Below are positions 38,960 to 51,634 of a stretch of DNA of 64,000 bases, piece by piece. This DNA comes from Camelus dromedarius (Eukaryota), in assembly GCF_036321535.1 (NCBI RefSeq), contig NC_087437.1, positions 102,860,001 to 102,924,000 of the forward strand, read 5' to 3'. The position numbers and the translations under genes were made by a program. The first letter of the stretch is position 1. Each line of letters opens with the position of its first letter. The notes beneath the pieces were generated by a model, which saw nothing but the letters and a program-made list of their open reading frames with translations, did no database searches and had not been told where the DNA came from.

Positions 38960-39799
38960 TAAAGACATAATATTCTATAATGATTCATTGTGTTTTATTT
39001 TTACGGTGTCACAGTTTTCTCCCTCACTATTTCTAATTCCCTCTTTTTTCCCTAAAATGTATTTTGTTTTTATTTTCTGAATTCTAACTTTTGTATTTAG
39101 AAATAATGTTTTTGCTTATGGAGAATAAAGCTGTTTGAAAAAAGTGACTATTTTTCTAAAGGCCTGGACGCATCCTTCTCATTTGTTTTATTACTCACCT
39201 GTTTCTATTCCAACCTCTATAATGTTGATTTCCTGTTTGAAATAAAACTGAACTGTAACAGGCAGCCGGGATGTACTTTAAATACCCCTCCAAGTGAACT
39301 GAAATGTCTAGTTCCTTTTCATACTTCAAGGGCTGTGGTCACTACTCTCTGGCAGTTATTTTGTGACCAATGATATTAGTCCTGATAATGTCATTTAAGA
39401 AATGTGCGTTGAGAAAACTTTATCAGTCTGTCACCATAAGACCTTATCCCCCACAAGCGAGTGGTCAAGCTAAAAGAATCGGGCAGATCACAGAATGCCC
39501 CCAAACAGATTATTATAGGAGATTGGCCAGAAAGATTGACCACGTTGCCCAGGAGTCATTTGTACACTCTAGAATCAATAGTAGATATTAGTAAAAATAT
39601 ATCTTGAGGCCTCCTTAAACTACTTATGTTCAGATTTGGCTTAATAGGATTAAAAATAATGCAGTGTATTCTGTTGCTGTCCTGCTCACAGTCCTGAGCG
39701 TGGGATACACGGTGCTTTCCTGCACATGATCGTTTTTCTGCAGAACTTTGCTAAGTGTTAGCATAAGGCATCGAGGCTTTTAGAATTGAGGACCTATAC

Positions 39800-40425
39800 C
39801 CGTGGTTCTCAAAGTAAGACTACCCCCCAGATTCATGCCTTAAATCTTTCAGGGGACCTGTGAGTTAAACAAGCTATATTCAGACTAATGTTTGTACAGT
39901 AATTGGACTTTTGTTCAGCGTGTTGATTTTTGCACTAGTGATGCAAAGCGGTGGTGGGCAAAACTGGTGTCCCTTAGCAAGAATCCCAACAGTGATGTGA
40001 AATTGTTCTAGTGGTCACATGATTCTTGACTCTCACACAATCTTCAGGAGAAGATAACCAATTTCATTTAAGCATGTCCCTCAAGAAGCAGTTTGCTTTG
40101 TATTTCAATACTTGTCTACACATCTTTTCAATATTTAGTGTGAGAAAATTGAAACTATGCATAAAGTTGTTCTGCTGCAAAGATACGATAATTATTTTAA
40201 GGAAGAAGCCAGTGTAGACTGAATTGTGAACTAAACTAACTTTGTTTTGTTTTTGTTTAAATATGGAACATTATTCTTACTTAGAAAATTACTGATAAAA
40301 TATTGTTATTCAGATTTGAGTTTTTAGCAAACATATTTTTTTTCCAAAATGCATAAAGTAAACCTATCACTTCAAGAAAAACTATTGTCAGCATTTGTTG
40401 TAATTTATATAGTTTGTGCTTTTAA
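39800..40425 (+). mobile_element. Charlie2-like hAT transposon fragment
   Basis: 5' end c(c)gtggttctcaaag...tttcaggggac. Internal tgttgatttttgcactagtgatgcaaagc..ggtgggcaaaactg encodes a decayed hAT CTDGA motif. Confidence 0.7.
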
Positions 40426-43400
40426 TCAGTTGGTCCTATATAGTGAGACTTATACTGCACTGTGAATATTTAATGTGGAATTTTTTTCTTCAGTTATTTA
40501 CCTAAGATTTTAGGACTTAATGCCTCTTTTGCTTTGATTGACCTTCTGGAAATTCAATATTAACGCTGGTTTTTACTATGAGTAATAAAATTGTTAGATA
40601 GTCTTCATTTAAATTTGTGTAACCTCAACTTCATACTAATTGCTTTATTTTAAAGTAAAGACAGTGTAAACGTAACACATAATTCTCTGACTTTACCACT
40701 GAGTTGTAATCACTCACGTTAAGTTAGCTAATTCTGCTTTGTCTTTTTTAACCCTCATTTCTCTCCCTCTTTTAATCTATGCTTCTGTAATATATTCCAA
40801 CTATATAATCTATGAATACCTCTGAACCCAAAAGCTCTTAGTTTATATTCCATGATATTTATTAGAAAAATGGTAAATACTTTAAGTATGTCTTTTAGAT
40901 TACACTTAATTCCCCAAGATCCTGATTCTCCACCCTGGTTTTGGGACAAGAGAAGGTTTCCCTTGAGAATCTCCAGGCATGTACAAATTTGAAAGTGACA
41001 TAAAAGATCTGATCTTTTACTCTTCTTCTGATACTATTTTTTTAAAGTTATTCTGTATAAAACCATATTCTTTAAACAGAATGTTGACTCTTATAAGCAA
41101 CATTTCATTTTTCTATATGGTATTTTTAAAAATATCATTTGTTAATTGCAAGTGGTTTTGCATGCACGTGTGTCTAATATTGGGAATACAGGTGTAATCA
41201 TGTGCTAATGGATCTCCTGGGATGTAACCCTTAGTTTACAAAGGTCGGCGTTAATTCTCCGTTGTAGGAACAGGTTAGTAACAAAAGTGGAGGTGTCAGC
41301 TGTGCCAGAAGCTGATTCTTAAATCTAAAGAGCATGACAGAAGATGTGACTTAGCCTATCTTAACGATGCTAAGAGTATTGAAAAAGTTGTTTATCAAAA
41401 GGTGTCCCAGTGAACCACTGAGCGGTGACTTCTTGGAGTGAAAGTGAGACACTGACTAGCAGACCAAACAGAGCTCCAAGCTTCCCAGGGCTTCCTCACT
41501 TCTGCTTTTTAACTTTTTCCCCAATAACCTGGTTTACTTATTTTGTCTATTAATTTCATTCAAAGACAAAATTTGTCTGCAGGAAAAATGTGAAAAAAAA
41601 AAGATGGAAGGAAGTTGGAATGAATGACTCCTCCAGGTTGATTTTACATTTTCTTGGGAATATGACCACTGCTATTAACTAGCAAGTAGAAAGACATTTT
41701 ATGAGAACGTTTTCTCTTCTGTCTTTATGTCATTGCTCTTCAGTGTCTGTCCCAGCGCTGAGTGCTCAGTCACTATTTAGCATCCTTCTTATTTATTTAC
41801 CACAAAATAGAAACTCAGGGTGCAGATTCTGTAGAAATTAGTTAAATTAAATGAAAACATTTAAAAAATCAAGTTTATTTTTAAGTCCTCTCCCCACTTA
41901 ATTCTTCTCTGCCTCTCTCTTGACAGTTAAAGTATTAAGTCCATTCTGGTCATAGTCGCTGGGTCAGTGGTTGCTATTCTCAGAGATAAATAAGACTTGT
42001 TACCAGCTTTCATGGATGGTTTCATGTATCAAATAATTCTTTTTCTGGTTATAGAGTCTTTTAAGGAAATCTCTCCTATCATGACCTTTCCCAGATCACT
42101 GTCTTATATACTTCATATTCTGCTTTAAGTTCCTTCATTATTTCTAAAAAACTCTTTCTCAACAATTATACATTATTTTCCTAGATCATGTTTAATTATA
42201 AGCTCAGAACTATGGAAAGTGTGTGTGTGTGTGTATTTGTGGGGGTGCGTGGGGGTATATGTGTGTGCATTTGCAGTGTCTTCTATGGAGAGATAAAATC
42301 TATTCAAATTGGCTAGAATGTTAAAATATATTTTCTGAGATATCAAGAAGTGTATAAGTAGCACTAAAGTTCGAGGTTCCAGCTCTTTTTCTCTGAGAGT
42401 CTTTGTCCATTTTAATGGGCTGTGTTTTTTATCAGTTGGACTATTTCCAGTTTGGATGTAGCAATTCTAGGCATCATCACAGACTTAATAAAGTCCAAAG
42501 GAAGAGACCATATCTCTTGCATGTCTAACCTGGAGATCAATTAAAATAGTGACATGGCTCGATGTTAGGTACATGTGAAACTTTAATCCAGTTCTGTTTA
42601 ATGACTGGACTAACGAATAGATGAATAAAATTAAGTTGTATGCTTTTCATGGCTTAATTTTACTGATAGAACTAGGAATAACTGTGTATTTATTTAGGAA
42701 TAACTTTTGAAATCTTAATGGAAAAATCTCTCAGAAATGCTAAATTGGAGGAAAAGTCCCCAGTTTTCCCTTTAACAGGGCTTGCCTGTTAAAGCACCTA
42801 CCAAGACTTTTGATAAGAAATAAACAATGCACTTCTTGTGATGATGCTGTTTGATATTCTTGGATGTTCTTCAGAGTGAGGCTCCATCCCCTTCCTTTCA
42901 CTTGCTCAGGACCCATGGTTTGTTAAAGGGATCCCTCCATCAGCAGGAAAGGAGCTCAAGTCATCATTGCGTATGCCTAACTATCTGTCTTAATACATTA
43001 TTGGTTACAAACAACTACAAGACAGAAAAGAGGCAGGAATTGGACCAATCTCACAATAAGTTGCAGAACAAGGGCCTGTGTAGTCCAGGAATGGGAGAGG
43101 TCATCCTGTCTTCCTGCAAGATGGGTGATCCAAACTGAACCTCACAGGCTTAGCCAATTCAGACAAGCTAAGAGGAAAGAGTGAGGGGCATTGCAGGTGC
43201 AAATCAGTAAGGAAGGATGCTGCCTCTTCCATGGCTGTGTGTCATCTGAACCTCTCAGCAGCCTTGCTAATTAGTGTAAAGGCTGAAACAAAGGCTTTTG
43301 TTTTATTTTCTCTTTTTTTCTTTCCTCTCCCTTCTTGTGTTCATTCCCTCCTCCCCTCTTCTTTGGTCTTTTTTCCTTTCTTTTTCTTCTCCCATCTCTT

Positions 43401-45127
43401 CTTTCTCCTTCCCTTCTCAGCGTTTTCACTGATTTATATCCCCTTCTCCGTCTACACTCCCAACACACACGCTCTTTTGCACCAATGCATTTAAGATGTT
43501 TGCGATAGCGCTCTTGCACTCTCATCACACTTCCTGATTTCTCATGAAAGGCTAACTACCACTCCTCAGTGCTTCTCTAAGACAATATGGGCAAGAATGC
43601 AGTCGTTTTTATTATGAAGGCTCTGAATTCTACGTCCACTCCTAGCTTTTTGGACTAGTGAGCACTAATGGAAGGTCATCTACAGTCCTTCTCTTCTCGC
43701 TTCATTTTGTTCTGTGTTTTGCTTCATTTTATGGTTTCCGTGTTTGCTTGTTTTTCACTTTATTTCAATTTGAGCAAGCATGCTGTGGATTATTTTTCAA
43801 AAGTTCAACTGTAATTTCTCATTTGGAAGATTGTTATATTGCATTTGAACTTCATTCAGAGCAAGATAATTGGGCATTATCCTTCAGTTCTAATTCTTTT
43901 TTATATGTTCTCCTTAGCATAATGATTACTTCACAGTAATATTATAGTTCTTTCCTTATTTTAATTAATGTCACATCTCAATTCCAAGTGCTTGTTTTCA
44001 GCCCCAGGATACTAATTTCATATCTTGTTTCTTAAATTAGCTGACTATAAGCTCAGATTTCTGGCAGTTATGATAGTTATACAGCTATTTTGTGTCCCCA
44101 TCAGTAAGAAGAAAGTAGTGTTTTAATGAAGAATTTTCTGCTATTCTGTTAGGTATTTGATTTTAAAAGAACTGCAGTATTGTTTCATGGCCTTAAATTG
44201 AATATTGAGCAATAATTGCTCTGCAGCTAATATATTTTTGTTATTGCTAGAATCATTCATAGATTATAAAATGGCAGAAAATGCACAAAAACTAATCAGA
44301 TGTGTTTTAAAATAACTATTTTATTTATTATTATCCTATTTAATAAGCCAATATGAAAAATACTGCAAGTTTCGTAGAAGCCTTAAGATTTGTTTGTGAA
44401 CTCAATTTTTTTCTTTGATAATAACATCTATGAACAACAACAAAAAAGACGTTCCCTAGAGACATCTTATTAATTCTGCTTCTAAACTTTTAGAAAAATA
44501 ATTCTAAATATTGCTTATGAATATAGAAATCATAATGTTTATATTTATTTCATTGAAAATTCTGAATCTCACAACATCAATAGATAGTTGGTTGTTAAAA
44601 GAAACTGTGTTGTTTGTATTCAAGAACAATGGTTATACTTCGATTTAAATTTTTGCAAAATCCCATTGTCACCTTAACCTGCTCTCGTCCCTAAGCACTG
44701 ATTTTCCTCTATTACCTCAGTGTCTGATTTGTTGCCCAGTTAGTAGTGATGATTATATGGAAGCTCCCTCATTGTTTTGGTAATTGCTTTAATATGCTGC
44801 CTCGTTTAGTTAAATTTTCCCACCTATGTTTGATCTTTGTGAGCTATAGAGACTGAGAGACGCTTTCTTAGGTTTCATTATTTTATTAGAGGGGATTACA
44901 ATGCATTTTCTAAATATATGTATTTTGTTGATATTAACAGCTTTATCAATGATATGCAAGGATAATGACAGATAAATTCAAAAGTTTCCAGAATTTTATT
45001 TAAAATGAAAAGTTGGAAAAGAAAATGACAGTGCAACTGTTGGCAGTCATTATATGTTACATTGATTAAAAATCCAAAGACTCTCAGTGAAGGAGAAAAT
45101 AACATCAGTTTGGGGATAGGAAATGAA

Positions 45128-45175
45128 TTTCTGTAGTGACACGTGTGTGTGTTTCTGTAGTGACACGTGTGTGTG
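45128..45175. repeat. Perfect 2x24-bp tandem duplication
   Basis: TTTCTGTAGTGACACGTGTGTGTG at 45128-45151 and 45152-45175. Confidence 0.95.
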
Positions 45176-46830
45176 TGTATCTCCCCAGGACATGATTTTG
45201 CGATGATATTGGAAGCGTGAGATCTGGATAGATGGCAGGTGGGGGTGTGTCCTTACAAGTAGTGGAGGCTCCTTATTCAGAGCACCTGTGATGACAAGGC
45301 GCTGAGTACTACAGAATGGGGAAGAGTCCAGCTTGATCCGACAGGAAGACGAAACGTAGTGGCATCTTTAAAGGCAGTGAACGTTTAGAAGAAATTGATG
45401 TTTATTTCTGTCCTGTGAAGGACTTTACTGAGCTTACATTTTTTCTTTATATGCCTGTTGGATTTCTCTGTGGTTCATTGATATTCCATATGATCATTAT
45501 TTATAATATTGTATATTAATATTTCAGAAGTGTCTTTCAAATATTAGCTTCTTTTCATAAAGGTGTGAATGCTTACACTCTGACAATGTTAATTCAACAG
45601 CTCATGAGCAGTGGAGTCAGCGTCAAGAATTCTTCCTCTTTTGCTCTGACCTTCACCCTTTCTGTCTTTTAGCTATTTATTAAGAATTATTTTTTAAATT
45701 TTATTTAAGATAGTGCTATAATCTTCTGGGTACATTAATTGATGTTTAGGAGAGATTGGACAAAATTAATGGCCCTACTATACCAGTCCTACTTGGTATT
45801 TGCTGTTTGATATGAACTCCAAATGATGGAAGAATCTTTTGTGTGTCATAATTTTACATTTAGTTGTATATCATAGCTGGAAATTTGAATAACTTTGAGT
45901 TGGGCTCTGATTATGAATAGTAAAGTTATGAGCGTTTATTCTGTTACATTTATTAATCAATTAAAATGCACCCAGATGTGATCAAGAATACTGAGCAATA
46001 ATTTTCCTTAAATTCAGAGCTCTTAAAAAAAGAGAGCATCCATTCTAACCAGTTTACACGGAAAAAAAGCTTTATCATGGCTTAGCACTTGCTCACTGAA
46101 GCGTTCGGAGCGCTGATGGAAAAGGCTATATATAGGCTGAGCCTTCAGGAATGCCTGCCAGAATCATGTTGTTCAAGTGACCCACCAATGGGTCTGCTGC
46201 TTCTGTCATGATGGGGGTAATGACAAATCACAAAGCTAATAGCACTGTTGTGGGCTTCAGAAGTGATGAGACAGGTTCAAGGGAAAAGGAACCTTCATTG
46301 AGCTGCATCCAAAAGAGTTATTCTACCTTTTTCCAAGAACCACTATGAAATGTAAGAATACAGGCTGTAAAGAAAGAATAAGCAGTGCTTTCTGATGAAG
46401 ATTTAGCCAGCTTGGGTTTTAGAAGAAGCTAAATTGATGAATATTATTAGTGGAAATCTGGAAATGCTTAGAAGCCATGAAGTTCTACACCAGAAGCAGT
46501 AAACACTGTTAGGCTAGGAAAAGAAACTGGAGTCAACATTTTAGCTAGAGGAATTTCATCCTGTGATTGTCCATGTGTAATTTAATAATAATTCACCAAT
46601 TTAATTCATAATGATACATTTTATTATTCATCAATTTAACTTCTTAACATAATCTGGTAAGGTGATAACATGGAATGATACATGATTGACATGGAAAAAA
46701 AAAAGACCTAGATACTCTACATATTATATAAAGCCTGAGTTTCTTAAAACATGCAACGCAGAACCTTAATTTTAACAGGCAGAAGAAAGATAGTATTGAA
46801 AACTTTTTCCCATAATTCATCATTTCTTCT

Positions 46831-47034
46831 TGTACTAGTTATGAATTTCCACTGCTATGCAAAAAGCTAGCCCAATAATTATTGGTATAAAACATCAACT
46901 ATTATTTCTCACAATTCTATGGGTTGCCTGAGTGGTTCTTCCGATCCGAGCCCACAGTGGCTAATCTGGGCTGACCTTGTTCAGGTATATGCCGTCGGTT
47001 GGGAGGCTGACTGGATGTTGGTTGGGTCTTGATG
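46831..47034 (-). mobile_element. MaLR (MLT1G/H-like) fragment
   Basis: tgtactagtt...ctgctatgc...attatttctcacaattctatgggttg...gtggttcttc, an antisense MLT1 3' end. Confidence 0.6.
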
Positions 47035-47705
47035 CAAAGGATTTGAAAATTTATGTCCACCCTAAAACCTTCACACACATGTTTATAACAGCTTTATTCA
47101 CAATTGCCATTACTTGAAAGTCACCAAAATGTCCTTCAGTGGTAAATGGATAAATAAACTCTGGCACATCCAGACAATGGAATATTATTCAGCATTAAAA
47201 GGAAATGCACTATCAGGCCATGAAGTCATAAAGTAACCTTAAACATGTAACGGAAAGAAGGCAATCTAAAAAGGCTACACACTGTCTAATTCCAAGTATA
47301 TGACATAAAGGAAAAGGCAAAACTTTTGATAAAGTAAAGATCAGTGGCTGACAGGGGTAGGAGGGAAGGGCAGATGCATGGGTGGAAAACAGGAATTTTA
47401 GGACAGTGAAACTACTCTGTATGATGCTATAATGGTGGATATATGCCATTATACGTTTGTTCAGACCCATAGAATGTATGACTTGAAGAGTGAACCCTGG
47501 ATTAAACTATGGAATTTGGATGGTAATGATGTGTGTATGTAGATTCATCAATTATAACAAATGTAACACTCTGGTGGAAAACATCCATAATGGGGGAATT
47601 TACACATGTACAGGGGTTGGATGTATATGGTTATCTATTTTCTGCCCAAAATTACTGTGAACTTAAAACTGCTCCAAATCATAAGTCTTTTTTTTTTAAA
47701 TAAAC
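47035..47705 (+). mobile_element. L1MC-like 3' end
   Basis: tttatgtccac...atgtttataacagctttattc...catccagacaatggaatattattcagc...gtgaacttaaaactgctc. Confidence 0.9.
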
Positions 47706-48679
47706 AATAAATGGTGTCTACATTTGTTCTCCTTTAACACATATTTGATTTTATCTTCTACCTTTCTTGTCTCTAAATCCTACACTCGGTGATCTGGGAT
47801 TGTAACACACTGGTTGCTAAGTTTAACCTGCAGTGCTGTTGTTGGATGCCGTAAGCATCGTGGGATATCTTCCTCTTGTTGGAATATCTTTCTCTTGTGG
47901 CAATATCTTAGTCACGTGAGATACTTTGTCTTTTCAATAGTTAGAGTAGTTTTCTCAAATGATAACTAACCATCATTTGGGGGAATATATTTGCTAACTG
48001 AATTTGAATAATCAATTGCGGAAATATCAAGGAAATGGAATCAGGCAAGAAAACTTATGCTCAGGAAAACTTTGAAATTTAAATAAAACCCATTACATTA
48101 AATTTATGAACTGCAAACCAAACCTAAGACGTTAGTTTAAAACTTGAGTCGTATCATAATAATTTTCAGTACATTTTTCCTTCTCCTAGGCTCCCTTTCC
48201 TTAGGGTATGATACGACTCCTTCAGTTATCTGTGTACCCCTCCGCCGTCTTAATACAATTAAGAATAAAACTTGCTCCTGCTTCTCTTATGCATGGTCTC
48301 ATTGGGTCATGACTGTCACCGTTTTTTTGTTCAAAAATATAGTGGAATGTTTAAAACTAGAGGGTGAGGCTGTGTGGAGCCTGCTCGTACCAACTTGCCC
48401 CATCAGGTAAATTTGCTAAGCAGGGCTGGTAAGCAGTAACCCGGGGCACACAGCTTACTTACAACAAGAAGGTATTTGATACTCAAAGGTAGATAATGAG
48501 GCAGTGTGAGGGCTCTTTGGACATTCTCAGCCACCATTCCACAAGGGAAAATTTAAAGTGGGCATTTGGGCATCTTCCCCCCAGAAGTCCTGACACACCA
48601 AATTCCAACAGTGCCAGGTTCTTAACTGAGCTTAAACTAAGACTTTGCTGCTCCCCGGATCCTTTCCAGCGTTCCAGAA

Positions 48680-49000
48680 TTTGTTTGCTGCTAAGGTATT
48701 CTGGTGAGTTGATTGTTAACAACAGTCGTTATTAAGAATTTAGAAACTAAAAATATATGTTATATTAAAAGCAAAGATGACAAATACTAAAACATCACTT
48801 TTTAATTATTTTATTGCATGTTGCTGTGATTTTTGCTCTCTACGTTATTTACATCTTCTGTTTACATATGGTGGGAAAAATACTATATAATCCAGCATTA
48901 CTCCACATCTGTTTTTACTACACATCTCTGTAACTAAATACCACAGTTAGTAATGTCATGTTTAACCATGCTTTTGTGGGGGACCTACCATGAAGTTATT
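48680..49000. mobile_element. MER63-like hAT-Blackjack fragment
   Basis: gattgttaac..cagtcgttattaa...tatattaaaagcaaagatgacaaatactaaaacatcac...ggtgggaaaaatactatataat resembles the recalled MER63 consensus. Confidence 0.55.
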
Positions 49001-51634
49001 TCCAAATGAATTCTCAGTTTTCCACACAGAATATTCCTTCAACTATATTATACCCTGAGGTGAGATTTAGTTTACCTAACTGCTTCTTGGAAACTTGTGT
49101 TGAAATTTCTCTATGGGGATAATAATATATTAAAAAAAAATCAGTGTATTTCAACCAAAGTAGAAACCACATACTCTTTTCTTTGTGAACCACTTCACTC
49201 CAAACAAATGTAGTTTCCAAAAATTGTTCAGCTGGCATGAAATCAATGCAGCAAAATAGTCTCTAAACTGAACTTAAATGAACTTCATATCCCATTCATT
49301 TTCAGATTTGATGGAAAGAAGTGATTGAAGGGGAGTTAAGCATTATATCAAATGTATCCAACAAATATTCTATGCAAAGCTTTCACTTTAGCATTTATTC
49401 TGTTTATGCCACAGAATCCCTAAGCTTGTCCTAATGTAATATTTATTTAACATGCTTTTTGAAATGGGCTACATCTGGTTGCTTATTTATGATTGTGTGT
49501 TGGTCAAAAAAGAAATACAGGATGAATCAGACTTGCTCAGCAATGCTTTTTGTAATATATTTCAAGGACAAGGTCACAAGAGTAAGATAGAGTCTCTCTT
49601 TAATTCAGAATTAAAATAGATGCATGCCTGGTATTATGAAGTGTTGCACATATCACCTTGACTTCTAACTTAGCGTCTGATAGGAGAACTTTATCAGCAC
49701 ACAAATGGAGAGACAGTAACTGATGTAGTGAACGCTTAATAGGACATGTACTGAAAAGATCAAGATCCCTTCCTAATCAAGGGTTTATTAAGACAAATGA
49801 AGGGTAAAGAATGAGGGAAAATCAAAGTTGAGTATTCTATACACAGGGAATTTCTAAGAGCCTGTAGAAACAGCAAAAGCAGTTTATGATGATTTATATA
49901 TACTTTGTAAACATCATTTGAGCTGATACTGAATTAAATGTAAACTAAAATTTAAACATAAAATGCTTGATCTTTTTAATGCAAGAGATAAGGATGAGTT
50001 GAAAAGCATATTTCAAGATAAAAATGGTTTGGTATAACAAGATAATAATGAAACAAAAGGTCAATAGCTAAATAAATCTACCTTTAAGATTGTAAAGAAC
50101 ATAATTACTGCTGTACAAAATCAAATCAGAATTACATCAGAAACAATACAAGAAATAAGAAAATGTTAGAAGGATTAAAGACATTTTAATAGAGTATACA
50201 TGTGCAAGACCAAGGTAAAAATCACCAAAGAAAGAATAATTGGTAGGGATGATTTTAAAACAAATTCAATAAATACCACAAACAAGTAACAAATACTAAA
50301 TTTTTAAAATATGTTTAAACTGTTTATTGAATAATAACTATCAATCTTGTAGGTAAACAAATTTTAACATATTTTAATTTATATATGCATATTAAGACAA
50401 ATTTATTGTCATGAAAATGTTGATAATATCACAATTTTAACAATCTTCTAAATTAGTAGATTGAAAATCAATTAGCTTAGTTACTGTATTTTCCTTTACC
50501 AAACACTGTATTAATTTAATTAGAGCAAAGAAGGTTAAAATAATGATTTAAGTGGTCCATCCAAATTTTAAGCTTCTTATAAATCTACAGGCAGTAGAAA
50601 GTTCAGTATAAGAAATGACCTTGTTTGATAAATTCATTGTATGATGAATATGCATATTTTTACAAAAATCTACCCTGCAGCTTCTAGTGGCAGTGATATT
50701 AGGACATGCAAGGATTTTGACTTACAAAATGCAATCATCGCACAAGAATAAATGTGTCTTTGCCTAAGATGTTACTTGAAGAAGCATCACTTCATTTAAA
50801 TAGGAACGCGAAACCAGTGTCCTTAGAAGGATGAAAATGTCATTCTAGATATGGACCTCTCTTCTTATTCTAAATTATATTGTTAGATGTGCACATTTAT
50901 AAAAACTTTAAAACGAGGAAGACTTAGAAAATAAAGAAATATATAAAGTAAGAAATACTTAAGATGGTTAACATGGTCCAAGTATATTTTAAACTGGAAA
51001 ACTGTGAATGAAATATCTTTTGGATTGTTTCTTATAATTTTATGCTCTTTGGAATAATGCTAACGTTGTAATTTGTGATTATCTAGTACTTTGTAACTCA
51101 AGGCTTTGTACTACTGGAAATCATGCAAAAGTTATCCTGTTTATCTGGGAAATAAACGTTTTCAACAGGATTTTATTAAAGATGCTTCATAAAATATTTA
51201 ATGGGATGCCTCTTTTTTTAAAAGATTTTTAGTCAATAATAGCAGCCTCTAAAATATTGAATAAAGTATTTGTCCCTCAGTACCCCAGACTCTTATTTTG
51301 GTGAGTAATTACCTCTCTTATACTTTTTTATTAATGTAAAAGCCTCAGTATAATGTATAAAAAAGAAAAAATATATATAATTATAATTATAACTAACCTC
51401 AGTTGTTTACTGATCATTTGTAGGGGGTAAGCAGTAGGAATTAATTAATATAGTATATTAATTAGACATTTAAAAATACCATTGCAATTGAAAATCATCA
51501 TATCTGAGCAAGTCCTTTAATTTTATTTGCTTTCTGTGCTAGAACTTTGCTTATATGTGAATTACCAAATTGTTACAGTATTTAAAAATACTAACTTATT
51601 AAGTCAAAAGCAGTTGAAAATGTGTTTTTTGAAA

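Noticed and set aside
43231..43528. Hydrophobic (+) and K/R-rich (-) ORFs
   Set aside because: They derive from a CT-rich low-complexity tract.
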